In this document: positions 1 through 8,265 of the stretch, piece by piece
Numbering within the stretch: position 1 is the stretch's first letter
Layout: each line of letters begins with the position of its first letter
The notes under the pieces: model-generated
What the model saw: only the letters and a program-made list of their open reading frames with translations
What the model was told of the DNA's origin: nothing
Databases searched by the model: none
Program-made: the position numbers and the translations under genes
NCBI GenBank assembly: GCA_030610745.1
Contig: JAUWRC010000001.1
Coordinates: 1-31,783, forward strand
Length of the DNA stretch: 31,783 nt
From: Clostridia bacterium
GTDB taxonomy: Bacteria; Aerophobota; Aerophobia; Aerophobales; AE-B3A
Direction: 5' to 3'

Positions 1-2
1 CT

Positions 3-365
3 CATGAACAAGGAAAGATGTATTGGTATCACTGCTGCGGTAATGTTTCAGAGGTTATGGAAGATTTAATTGAAGATGTAAAAATAGATGCATTTCATTC
101 TTTCCAGGATGTAATTATTCCTGTGGGCAAGTTCATGAAAAAATATGGCCACAGAGTTGCTGCCCTGGGAGGAATAGACATGGATAAACTTGGAAGAATG
201 GATGAGAGAGGATTAAGGAAGTATGTACGAGATACCTTAGGGGAATGCATGCCGGCTAGATATGCTTTAGGTTCAGGCAATACCGTGGCAAATTATATTC
301 CCCTTCAAAATTATCTTACTATGTTAGATGAGGGATTGAAATGGAGGAATAAAGATGAGAATTAG
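3..365 (+). CDS. Uroporphyrinogen decarboxylase (URO-D/MtaA-CmuA) superfamily protein, 5'-partial
   Basis: Frame is open from base 3 (HEQGKMYWYHCCGN...), so the gene starts before the window. The YHCCG, DAFHSFQ, LGGIDMD and YALGSGNTV segments and the 'P..NY..ML' tail fit the C-terminal half of URO-D-fold proteins. Confidence 0.8.
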   Translation, partial: HEQGKMYWYHCCGNVSEVMEDLIEDVKIDAFHSFQDVIIPVGKFMKKYGHRVAALGGIDMDKLGRMDERGLRKYVRDTLGECMPARYALGSGNTVANYIPLQNYLTMLDEGLKWRNKDEN

Positions 366-386
366 ACCTGAAAGGAAGGGGGATGT

Positions 387-728
387 ATGATGACAAATCA
401 ACAGATTCAGTCTAGGAAACAACGTTATTTTGGGATCCCTCCAAAGTTTGATCCTGAAAAGGGAAAGACAGTTTTTCAGCCTGAGGGAAAGGGATACGGT
501 TATTGGGTTGGTGGCCATAATGTTATTTTTGATGCCGATGAGAAGAAGTTTTATCTCTACTACCGTATCCGCCATCCCCTTGGTAAGGGTCGTGGTGGGA
601 AGTGCCGTATTGCTGAATCAAGGGATGGTGTTGTATTTACCAATATCTGGAAAGCTACCAAGGAGCAGCTTGACGCAGAGTCTAAGGACGGAAGCCACGA
701 GCTTCGAATGAGCAAGGTTAGTCTATGA
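387..728 (+). pseudogene. Truncated five-bladed beta-propeller (glycoside hydrolase-like) protein, N-terminal part only
   Basis: GYGYWVGG..VIFD..EKKFYLYYRIRHP..GRGGKCRIAES.DGV.F..IWKATKEQLDAES resembles the first blades of GH43/32/130-like propeller proteins. Similarity stops after AES, and the ORF ends 14 codons later, overlapping the convergent gene. 113 aa is too short for a full propeller. Confidence 0.5.
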
Positions 729-1833
729 TAGGGAGGATATCACTGCCTACCTCTTCAAAAACCTGACAAATTGTCTCAATGTTCTCTAAAGGCACATCGG
801 GTTCACATTCAGCATAAAGCATTAGTCCGCCTTTTTTCAATCCCAGCATCTTCGTCGCCTTCCAAATATGGTTTTCGAGTTCCTGCCGACTGGCAAAAGG
901 AAAAAGCTGACGGTCAAGATCAAGATGAATACAAACCTTTCCTTTGGCAACTTTTTCTAATCTTTCCAGGCCGTTGGCTCTAATCTGGGGATTAATGATA
1001 TTCACTCCACATTCAACAAGGTCATCTATGATTTCTAAGATATGCCCATCAGAGTGCAAATAAACATATATTCCTTTCTCTCGGCAAGAACCAAATATTT
1101 TGGCATAACAGGGCTTAAGATATCTTCGCCAGTGAGAAGGGTTAATAGGTAAAGATTTCTGAAGTCCTAAGTCGTCCCCAAAATAGATAATTTCAGCTCC
1201 AATCTCTATCCATTTATTTACTAGCTTAAGATTATAGTTTAAGACCATTTCAATTACCTCGTTTAATCTAGGCTCTTCGGTGGCTATATCCATCATAAAA
1301 TTGTTAAATCCTCGTAAATAATAAAGCCACATATACATAAATCCATGAGTTAAGGCTCCGCTGGCTAAATTTCCTTCTTTTTTAGCCTCCTCAAGCTGTT
1401 TTTTTCTTTCCTCCCAGTTAATTTTTTCTCCAAACCAGTCAAGGAGGAGAGGAGAAGGTGCTTTGTAATTTTTTAAATTTTTCCAGTCTCTTAGAGGTGC
1501 TTCTTTTTCAACCGGTGCAGAATCTAAACCCTCTTCAATATTTTTCCACACTATACCCCAGCTATCCTTCCATCTACCTTTTTGGTAAGCTGGAGAGAGC
1601 TTCATTTTCCTAAAATCACCTTTTTTATAATGAGGGAAAAGTTTTGGGTGTTTAAGGACTATTTTTTCTACTTCTTCTCCATGCTTTATCCAGGTGGCTG
1701 GCATAATGCTTACTACACAGGGAATCCATTCAGGATAGCTGAACTGGACTGCCCGCAAGAAATTCTCTGTATATTTATTATGAGGATATGCTGAGATTCG
1801 TTGGCCAAACACAGTGTCTTTCCTCCAGTTCAT
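718..1833 (-). CDS. Uroporphyrinogen decarboxylase (URO-D) superfamily protein
   Basis: 371-aa ORF with D.WG..W, GFNNFMMD, IYFGDDLGLQ, YLHSDG and INPQ motifs. A GTG at 1812, 9 nt after GGAGG, is an alternative start. Confidence 0.8.
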   Translation of the reverse strand: MNWRKDTVFGQRISAYPHNKYTENFLRAVQFSYPEWIPCVVSIMPATWIKHGEEVEKIVLKHPKLFPHYKKGDFRKMKLSPAYQKGRWKDSWGIVWKNIEEGLDSAPVEKEAPLRDWKNLKNYKAPSPLLLDWFGEKINWEERKKQLEEAKKEGNLASGALTHGFMYMWLYYLRGFNNFMMDIATEEPRLNEVIEMVLNYNLKLVNKWIEIGAEIIYFGDDLGLQKSLPINPSHWRRYLKPCYAKIFGSCREKGIYVYLHSDGHILEIIDDLVECGVNIINPQIRANGLERLEKVAKGKVCIHLDLDRQLFPFASRQELENHIWKATKMLGLKKGGLMLYAECEPDVPLENIETICQVFEEVGSDILPIID

Positions 1834-2043
1834 CTGTATTGTAATTTTTTATTATTTTAACACAATTCTCCTTAAAAGCAACATCCAGCTTCGGTTACAT
1901 TTAGGTGACTTAACGCGTGCCTTTGCCTTAACACCTTTATTTTGATAAAATAGATGAATATGATGTGGTATTTGTAACAAATAAGACTTAGGGTCAGGGA
2001 TATTAATTGGACAAAATTTAGATAAATTATAGGATTAAAAGAA

Positions 2044-2745
2044 ATGAAATCTTCTAAAAAATTAAAAGCTGATTTGCATATACATACTGGAGAGGATCCT
2101 GAGGATAAGATTGAGTATACGGCTAAAGAGTTAATTGACGAGGCTTGGCGCCAGAAATTTGATGTATTAGCTATTACCAATCACAATCTGATTACTTATG
2201 ATGATTATTTAAAGAAATATGCTTCAGATAAGGGAATTCTTCTCATTCCTGGAATAGAGCTAAAGATAGAGGGAAAACATGTTATCCTGCTCAATGTTAA
2301 TAATGTAGAGAAAGAGATTAGGACCGTGGAAGAGCTCGAATACTATAAGAATGAGAATAGTTTGATAATAGCACCTCATCCCTATTTTCCTATGTTTGCC
2401 TCCCTAAAAGCGAAACTTGACCAATATATCCATATTTTCAATGCAATAGAATACACTCATTTCTACTTTAAAAGAATCAACTTTAATAAAAAAGCAGAAA
2501 GAAAAGCGAGGAAATATAATCTTCCTCTCTTAGGAGTTTCCGATGCCCATCACCTTCACCAGTTTGGGTTGACTTATTCTCTCATTGATGCAGAAAAGGC
2601 GCCTGAGGCAATTATCAAAGCAATCAAAAAAAATAAAATAGAGATAGTTACCAGGCCAATGAAATTTAACTGGTTCAATGTTATTTTAAGTTTAAAGCAT
2701 ATGATAACTCAGATATCATTTCAAAAAAGGGGACCTAAAAAGTAG
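2044..2745 (+). CDS. PHP-domain phosphoesterase
   Basis: Metal-binding motifs ADLHIHT, AITNHN, PGIE, APHP and GVSDAH. Confidence 0.88.
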   Translation: MKSSKKLKADLHIHTGEDPEDKIEYTAKELIDEAWRQKFDVLAITNHNLITYDDYLKKYASDKGILLIPGIELKIEGKHVILLNVNNVEKEIRTVEELEYYKNENSLIIAPHPYFPMFASLKAKLDQYIHIFNAIEYTHFYFKRINFNKKAERKARKYNLPLLGVSDAHHLHQFGLTYSLIDAEKAPEAIIKAIKKNKIEIVTRPMKFNWFNVILSLKHMITQISFQKRGPKK

Positions 2746-2760
2746 CCTGCCCCCTTTTTC
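2723..2760. repeat. GTAG-containing palindromic element, likely bidirectional terminator between convergent genes
   Basis: AAAAAAGGGGAC-loop-GCCCCCTTTTTC. Bases 2737-2760 match 3957-3980 at 23 of 24 positions. Confidence 0.6.
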
Positions 2761-3241
2761 CCCTCAAATTTTCTTCATTGTCTTTGTAAGCCTTTAAAAT
2801 CTTATCCACTTTAGCCGAGGCCATTTTGCCAAAATATTTTCCATCCACTACCATTAAAGGTCCCAGAGCACATGCTCCCAGACAGTTAACCGTTTCCAGA
2901 GTAAACATCAAATTCTTAGTTGTCTGGCCAGGTTTGATATTTAAACTTCTTTCTACCTTCTCCAGAACTCTTACTGCTCCTCGCACATGGCAGGCCGTAC
3001 CCAAACAGACACTGATAAGATGCTTGCCTCTTGGCTTTAAACTAAAGGATTTGTAAAAGGTGGCAATGCCGTAAATTCGAATTAAGGAAACATCCAGACT
3101 TTTACTCAAATGGATTAGAGCCTCCTTGGGTAGATAATTATATTCTGTCTGAATGTCCTGTAAAATACCAATTAAAGCACTTTTCTTTCCTTTGTATTTA
3201 TCAATTATTTTGTTGACTTTATCCATTATTTTTGCGTCCAT
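2735..3241 (-). CDS. nuoE: NuoE/HydC-like [2Fe-2S] subunit of an NAD(P)H-dependent oxidoreductase
   Basis: LIGILQDIQ..YNYLP, ATFYKSFSLKPRGKHLISVCLGTACHVRGA and VNCLGACALGP with four Cys ligands. Confidence 0.88.
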   Translation of the reverse strand: MDAKIMDKVNKIIDKYKGKKSALIGILQDIQTEYNYLPKEALIHLSKSLDVSLIRIYGIATFYKSFSLKPRGKHLISVCLGTACHVRGAVRVLEKVERSLNIKPGQTTKNLMFTLETVNCLGACALGPLMVVDGKYFGKMASAKVDKILKAYKDNEENLRGKRGQATF

Positions 3242-3269
3242 TTATCCTTTTTTATCAATTCCAGTATTG

Positions 3270-3356
3270 CTACAGTCTCATATTTTTTAGCCTTTTGCCA
3301 TAGAGTTTCTCAACTTTCGCTCTAAATTCTTTGAAAACATCATTAGTATTCTTCAC
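3270..3356 (-). pseudogene. N-terminal stub of a minimal nucleotidyltransferase (MNT) antitoxin-like gene
   Basis: Hand translation after AGGAG: GTG-KNTNDVFKEFRAKVEKLYGKRLKNMRL*. This fits MNT N-termini but stops before the 'ILYGS.ARG' motif. Confidence 0.45.
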
Positions 3357-3410
3357 CGCAGTTTCTCCTATATCTTACTCCTTGGGGATTAAGGACGACA
3401 TGGCATTTCA

Positions 3411-3611
3411 TTAAAGAGCAACAGAAAGTGGCTTCTTTTTTTTCAGAGAGCTCACTTTCAGGATGGAAAACCCGATAATGTTTCCTTCCCCATCAACTTT
3501 TTCCATTACAGCATCGTTGTCTGTTTCTTTGAAGTAACCAGCTTTCCGCTCAAAGATTACTTCCAAGTAGTCTCCTTCGCTGTCGTACCAAATTTTTATT
3601 TTCTTTCCCAT
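3411..3611 (-). CDS. DUF2283 family protein (putative antitoxin-like)
   Basis: 66 aa with IKIWYD.EGDYLEV and VMEKVD..GNIIGFSIL, the typical DUF2283 pattern. Confidence 0.85.
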   Translation of the reverse strand: MGKKIKIWYDSEGDYLEVIFERKAGYFKETDNDAVMEKVDGEGNIIGFSILKVSSLKKKKPLSVAL

Positions 3612-3639
3612 AGTATTTTTCCTTACTCTAGATAAAGCC

Positions 3640-3787
3640 TCAAACCATTATTTCTCCGGCAATCTTTTCCACTTCTTTCATCAGTCCTGTATTTAGCTCG
3701 AAGAGCGGGGTATTGGCCAGATCTGCCTCCAGAATTTTTTCATCGTAGGAAATAAATCCTAAAAAATTAAAGTGAGGCAATTTTCAT
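3640..3787 (-). pseudogene. cooC: Internally deleted CooC-type (CODH/ACS nickel-insertion ATPase) gene
   Basis: GGAG Shine-Dalgarno, then ATG AAA ATT GCC (MKIA, the CooC start), joined out of frame to LPHFNFLGFISYDEKILEADLANTPLFELNTGLMKEVEKIAGEIMV*, which resembles a CooC C-terminus. Confidence 0.6.
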
Positions 3788-3829
3788 AAATTTTTTCTCC
3801 AAAAAATACCTTCAAAACAAGCTTTTTAA

Positions 3830-3857
3830 ATTTTACCACTTCTCTTATCCCTGTCAA
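3830..3857 (-). promoter_or_regulatory. Sigma70-type promoter upstream of the cooC remnant
   Basis: Minus strand TTGACA-16 nt-TAAAAT with a TG extended -10. Confidence 0.6.
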
Positions 3858-3939
3858 ATTCGTATCTCGTGCCCCTGAGGAGAGAGAGAGTTTTTAACCT
3901 TGTAATTATTTTCACAAGACTAAGCAAATAAAAACGATT

Positions 3940-3980
3940 GAAAAAAGGGGAAAGGAAAAAAGTAGCCTGTCCCCTTTTTC
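3940..3980. repeat. GTAG-containing palindromic element, second copy
   Basis: GAAAAAAGGGGA...AAAAAGTAGCCTGTCCCCTTTTTC, a direct repeat of 2737-2760. Confidence 0.6.
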
Positions 3981-3985
3981 ATACT

Positions 3986-4020
3986 AGATACGAGATACGA
4001 ACAACGAGATAGGTAATACG
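3986..4020. repeat. Degenerate heptamer tandem array
   Basis: AGATACG AGATACG AACAACG AGATAGG TAATACG. Confidence 0.65.
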
Positions 4021-4060
4021 ATTCATGTCCTTTCTTCTCGATATACTAATACGCTAAACG

Positions 4061-4089
4061 CTACAATGTTTGATAAATCAAACCGCTAC
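4061..4089 (-). repeat. GTAG-tagged REP palindrome
   Basis: Minus strand GTAGCG-GTTTGAT-TT-ATCAAAC-ATTGTAG. It supplies the rnfB TAG stop. Confidence 0.7.
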
Positions 4090-4883
4090 CCGCTATATCT
4101 TATCGCTCCCGTAGGGCATCTTTCGGCGCATATTCCACAGCCCTGGCAGTTTCTCTCGTCAATTACAGCCAGATTATCAATTACATGACAAGCATCAAAG
4201 GGACAAACCTTAGCACATATACCGCAAGCTGTGCAGGCTTTTTCACAGGCCGTACGAGCCTTTTTCCCTTTATCCAGGGAGGAACAAACCACTCTATAAT
4301 GAGGCTCCTCATCCAAAACCTCAAGAGAAATTAAGTCTCTCGGACAAGCTTTAACACAATTTCCGCACCCTGTGCATCTGGCAAGGTCTATTTGAGGCAG
4401 ACCGTCCCTCATAGAGATAGCATCAAAGAGACAAGCACTCTGGCAATCGCCATAGCCAAGACAGCCATAGGCACAGATTAGTTCTCCTCCGGCTATTATA
4501 TCTGCCGCCTGGCAATTTTTAATTCCTTTATACTCTGCTTTTTTCTTTCTTTCTAGCTGGGAAGCTCCACAGCGAAGAAAGGCTATTTTGTTCTGGATTA
4601 CCTCAGACTCTACTCCCAATATTTCTGCTATTTTCTGGCTAGTATCATTTCCTCCTGCTACACAGGAGTTGACCGAAGCGTTTCCTTTGGCGATTTCTTC
4701 TGCCAGAGCATGGCAGCTAGCATATCCACATGCACCACAATTAGCACCAGGCAGAATTTCCAGGATTTTTTCTACCCGGGGGTCTTCTTCTACTTTGAGC
4801 TTTCTATGGGCAATGGATAAAAAAAGAGCAAAAGCAGCCGCCAAACCTCCCATGCTTAGAGTAGAAATTAAAATTAAATTCAT
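4086..4883 (-). CDS. rnfB: Rnf electron transport complex subunit B
   Basis: N-terminal TM, EDPR...LPGANCGACGY..C, C.YGCLGYGDC and several CxxCxxCxxxCP ferredoxin motifs. Confidence 0.93.
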   Translation of the reverse strand: MNLILISTLSMGGLAAAFALFLSIAHRKLKVEEDPRVEKILEILPGANCGACGYASCHALAEEIAKGNASVNSCVAGGNDTSQKIAEILGVESEVIQNKIAFLRCGASQLERKKKAEYKGIKNCQAADIIAGGELICAYGCLGYGDCQSACLFDAISMRDGLPQIDLARCTGCGNCVKACPRDLISLEVLDEEPHYRVVCSSLDKGKKARTACEKACTACGICAKVCPFDACHVIDNLAVIDERNCQGCGICAERCPTGAIRYSG

Positions 4884-4900
4884 AGTATAGAGATTTCCTT

Positions 4901-5479
4901 TTAGACGCTGATGAGTCCAGTAAAGCCCATAAAAGCCAGGGCTAATAGACCAGCAGTGATCAAAGTGATGGATGCTCCCTGGAGGGACTTAGGAATATCG
5001 GCAAAATCTAACTCTTCCCTGATTCCAGCCATTATAAGCATAACCAGGGTGAATCCTAATCCTGCGCCAAAGCCAAAAATTATGCTTTCTATAAAACCGT
5101 AATTTCGTAAGGGTATAAAAAGAGCGACAAAGAAAATAGAACAATTAGTAGTAATAAGAGGTAGATAAATTCCCAGGGCCCGATAGAGAACAGGACTGGT
5201 CTTTCGAATAAACATCTCTATTAGCTGAACCAATGAGGCAATAACCAAAATAGCAGCAACATACTCTAAAAAGGGAAGGTTGAACTGGACCAGGATAAAG
5301 TGATTGACCAGCCAGATGATAGCCGCTGTCAGGGTCATAACAAAGGTAGTGGCAAAGCCCATAGTTACAGCTGCTCTTATTTTTCCCGTAACTCCCAGAA
5401 AAGGACAAATGCCCAGAAAATACCTTAAGACAAAATTATTTACCAGGGCCGCACTTAAAAAAAGTAAAATTAGCTTCAT
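4901..5479 (-). CDS. rnfA: Rnf electron transport complex subunit A
   Basis: NNFVL..FLGICPFLGV, LGIYLPLITTNC, GIRE and LALAFMGF motifs in a 192-aa multi-TM protein. Confidence 0.93.
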   Translation of the reverse strand: MKLILLFLSAALVNNFVLRYFLGICPFLGVTGKIRAAVTMGFATTFVMTLTAAIIWLVNHFILVQFNLPFLEYVAAILVIASLVQLIEMFIRKTSPVLYRALGIYLPLITTNCSIFFVALFIPLRNYGFIESIIFGFGAGLGFTLVMLIMAGIREELDFADIPKSLQGASITLITAGLLALAFMGFTGLISV

Positions 5480-5526
5480 TTTATGTAGACTTCTAAAAAT
5501 GAGTTTTTAAAATAAAATTGCTCTAA

Positions 5527-5659
5527 TGTCATTACGAGAAGCGTTAGCGATGTGGCAATCCCAAAAAACTGAGATTGCGGAGCCTGTTCCGAGCAAAGCG
5601 AGGGAGCTACTGGTTTGCTTCGGCTGCGCCTCGCAACGATTTCATCCCTCACAATGACG
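5527..5659. repeat. Composite CGTC-type REP element
   Basis: TGTCATTACGAG...GTGGCAATCCC...GAGATTGC...CTCGCAACGA...CACAATGACG, with inverted termini and the same core as 7991, 18690, 23101 and 30097. Confidence 0.7.
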
Positions 5660-5700
5660 TAGTTCACTGAGTATTTACAAAAAAACTTACAGCTTATTTC

Positions 5701-6804
5701 TTACTTCTCTCTACTTTCTTGCTTCTTTATTTCCTCTAAAAGTGCTTTTACTATATCCTTTTCCTTAACCTTTTTAACCACTTTACCTTTTTTAAAAAGC
5801 ACTCCTCCCTTTTTTGCGCAGGCTATGCCGATGTCTGCCTGCCTTGCTTCTCCTGGACCATTAACTTCACAACCCATAACTGCTATCGTCAGAGGAGTTT
5901 TAATCTTCTCCACTCTGGGTTGGACCTTCTGGACGATAGATTTTAAATCTACCTGACATCTTCCACAAGTAGGGCAGGAGATGAGGATAGCTTTATCTTT
6001 ATATAAATCGAGTGCTCCTAAAATCCCATAGCCTATTTTTATCTCCTCTACAGGATCACCAGTTAAAGAGACTCTGATAGTATCTCCAATTCCTTGGGCA
6101 AGAAGCATTCCTATACCTATAGATGATTTGATAATACCCTGGGGGGAAGAACCAGCAGCCGTTACCCCCAGATGGAGAGGGTAAGGAATCCTATCTGAAA
6201 TGAGCTGGTAGGAAAGGATAGTGGTGAGGACATTACTGGCTTTGAGAGAGATAATAATATCTAGAAAATTTTCCTTCTCTAATAGCCTTACTGTACGCAG
6301 GGCACTTTTTACCATAGCCTCAGCTATTATTCGGCGATGTTCTTTCCCTCTAATCTGAGATACTTTCTCCCAAGCTGGATTATTCTCCAGAAGGTCTTTT
6401 TCTAAACTTCCGGAGTTTACACCGATACGAAGAGGGATTCTTTTTTCCTTAGCTCTTTTAGCTATTTCTATTATCTTATCTTTTCCCATATTTCCTGGAT
6501 TGATTCTTACTTTATCCACTCCCTCTTCTATAGCTTCCAGAGCCAATTGGTGATTAAAATGGATATCGGCCACCAAAGGTACATCTACTTCCTTTTTAAT
6601 CTGAGATAAGGCTTTGACTGCTTCCATGGTCGGTAAGGCCATTCTCACTATCCTGGCTCCGGCTCTAGCAAGTTTTCTGATTTGCTCAATTGTGGCGGCA
6701 GTATCTTCTGTATGTGTCTTAGTCATTCCCTGTACTACTACCGGAGCGCCAGCGCCAATTTTTACCTTTCCTACTCTTACCTCTTGACTTTTTCTTTTTT
6801 TCAC
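5701..6804 (-). CDS. ispG: (E)-4-hydroxy-3-methylbut-2-enyl-diphosphate synthase
   Basis: VQGMTKT, LVADIHF, RINPGN, RIGVNSGSL, PLHLGVT, GDTIRVSL, SCPTCGR and VMGCEVNGPGEA motifs. Confidence 0.96.
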   Translation of the reverse strand: MKKRKSQEVRVGKVKIGAGAPVVVQGMTKTHTEDTAATIEQIRKLARAGARIVRMALPTMEAVKALSQIKKEVDVPLVADIHFNHQLALEAIEEGVDKVRINPGNMGKDKIIEIAKRAKEKRIPLRIGVNSGSLEKDLLENNPAWEKVSQIRGKEHRRIIAEAMVKSALRTVRLLEKENFLDIIISLKASNVLTTILSYQLISDRIPYPLHLGVTAAGSSPQGIIKSSIGIGMLLAQGIGDTIRVSLTGDPVEEIKIGYGILGALDLYKDKAILISCPTCGRCQVDLKSIVQKVQPRVEKIKTPLTIAVMGCEVNGPGEARQADIGIACAKKGGVLFKKGKVVKKVKEKDIVKALLEEIKKQESREK

Positions 6805-6870
6805 TCCTTTTCCTTAAAAAATAGACCAGGCTTTATTCCGGTGAAGAGAACTTGCCTGGCCTGATGTAAG

Positions 6871-7056
6871 TTATACTTCTTTCATAGTGATGGCCTCAGA
6901 GGGACAACCCTCTACACAGGATGCACATCCATCACAGTCCTCTGGCCTAACTAAACTGGCAATATCATCTACTATTTCCAAACAATTATTTGGACATTCA
7001 TCAATACAAATTTCACATCCTGTACACAATTCTTGGTCAATGACGGGTCTTTCCAT
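6871..7056 (-). CDS. 2x[4Fe-4S] ferredoxin
   Basis: CTGCEICIDECP and CDGCASCVEGCP. Confidence 0.93.
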   Translation of the reverse strand: MERPVIDQELCTGCEICIDECPNNCLEIVDDIASLVRPEDCDGCASCVEGCPSEAITMKEV

Positions 7057-7097
7057 TCTTTCACCTCCTGTCTTTTCCGCCTGTAAATTTCTATATC

Positions 7098-7937
7098 CTA
7101 AGAGAGGGTAAAATCAAGAATTCTAATTAAAGTGGGCCTAATCTTACTTCTTTCTACCACTAAATCGATTCCTCCGTGTTTAAGCAAGAATTCTGCCTGT
7201 TGAAATCCTTGGGGAATTTGCTGTTTGATGGTTTGTTTTATTACCCTGGGTCCAGCAAAGCCCACAAGGGCCCCTGGCTCTGCTAGAATAATGTCTCCTC
7301 GACTGGCGAAACTTGCCATCACTCCTCCCATGGTAGGGTGGGTAAGAAGAGAGATATAGAGAAGTCCCTCTCTCTTCAGTTTGGCTACAGCAGCGCTAGT
7401 CTTTGCCATTTGCATGAGGGAAATTACTCCTTCTTGCATTCTTGCTCCTCCTCCTGACCCAGAGATGAGAAGTAGGGGATACCTTTTTTCTATAGCTTTT
7501 TCTATAGCCAGGGTTATTTTCTCTCCCACCACTGAGCCCATACTTCCACCCATAAAGTGAAAATCGGTAATTCCGAGAGTTATTGGAATTTCTCCTATTT
7601 TTCCTTCTCCAATTAGAGCTGCCTCATCTAAACCCGTTTTTTTTCCATCTTTGCTTAATTTTTCTTTATATCCGGGAAAAATTAAAGGATCATCCGAACT
7701 TATTTTAGAATCATATTCATTAAAGCTATTTTTATCCAGAGTAATTTCAATTCTTTCTCTTACCCCCAGATAAAAGTGATAGTTACATTTAGGACAGACC
7801 TTCAGATTTTCTTTCAGGTTTTTATTATAGATAAGCTGTGAACAATTCGTACACTTTGTCCACAGTCCATGGGGAATGTCTATAGTTTTTTTCCCTCTCT
7901 TCTTTATTTTGTTATAAGTTCTCTCAAACCAACCCAT
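7098..7937 (-). CDS. accD: Acetyl-CoA carboxylase carboxyltransferase beta subunit
   Basis: LWTKC..C Zn finger (VCPKCNYH), [20 protein letters not shown] and GFAGPRVI motifs. Confidence 0.95.
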   Translation of the reverse strand: MGWFERTYNKIKKRGKKTIDIPHGLWTKCTNCSQLIYNKNLKENLKVCPKCNYHFYLGVRERIEITLDKNSFNEYDSKISSDDPLIFPGYKEKLSKDGKKTGLDEAALIGEGKIGEIPITLGITDFHFMGGSMGSVVGEKITLAIEKAIEKRYPLLLISGSGGGARMQEGVISLMQMAKTSAAVAKLKREGLLYISLLTHPTMGGVMASFASRGDIILAEPGALVGFAGPRVIKQTIKQQIPQGFQQAEFLLKHGGIDLVVERSKIRPTLIRILDFTLS

Positions 7938-7990
7938 CTTTCTTAAGTCCCTTCAGAAAACGTAAATATTCAGTGAAGTACGTTCCTTCC

Positions 7991-8102
7991 TGTCATTGCG
8001 AGGAGTCCTGAAAGCCTTCAGGACGACGTGGCAACCTCATCGGGATTGCTTCGTCACTTTGCTCCTCGCAACGACAGGCGAGGGGCCTGGCTCGCAATGA
8101 CA
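7991..8102. repeat. CGTC-type REP element
   Basis: TGTCATTGCGAG...GACGTGGCAACCTC...GGGATTGCTTCG...CTCGCAACGACA...CTCGCAATGACA, with perfect 12-bp terminal inverted repeats and an internal TCCTGAAAG/CTTCAGGA hairpin. Confidence 0.75.
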
Positions 8103-8120
8103 AAATTGGAATTCTCTATT

Positions 8121-8148
8121 ATAATAACATATAATAATCCAACGTCAA
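8121..8148 (-). promoter_or_regulatory. Putative promoter for the accD run
   Basis: Minus strand TTGACG-16 nt-TATTAT with TG extension. Confidence 0.4.
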
Positions 8149-8202
8149 ATAATAGGTGTAAATCTGTAAATCGGTGTAAATGGATGAGGGAAGAACAAAG
8201 TC

Positions 8203-8230
8203 TTGCAATATCCAGATATTTTGGTATCTT
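8203..8230 (+). promoter_or_regulatory. Putative promoter for the glmU-leuA-pheS-ftsZ run
   Basis: TTGCAA-16 nt-TATCTT with TG extension. Confidence 0.4.
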
Positions 8231-8265
8231 AATATTAGATAAGGGATGTGGGAAAGGAGAAGAGA

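Noticed and set aside
1872-2180. 102-aa minus-strand ORF upstream of the URO-D gene
   Set aside because: Overlaps the PHP gene antisense and AT-rich promoter DNA, with no motif.
5476-5667. 63-aa minus-strand ORF, plus similar ORFs at 8028-8333, 8054-8311, 22873-23145, 23100-23288, 29971-30174 and 30054-30251
   Set aside because: They are translations of REP or heptamer DNA (for example CHCEERSDEAIS, LLRHFAPRND) with no RBS or family motif.
6826-6859. CCAGGC/GCCTGG hairpin between fdx and ispG as an attenuator or fluoride riboswitch
   Set aside because: Only a 6-bp stem with a 22-nt loop, the U-tract is offset, and riboswitch consensus elements are missing.
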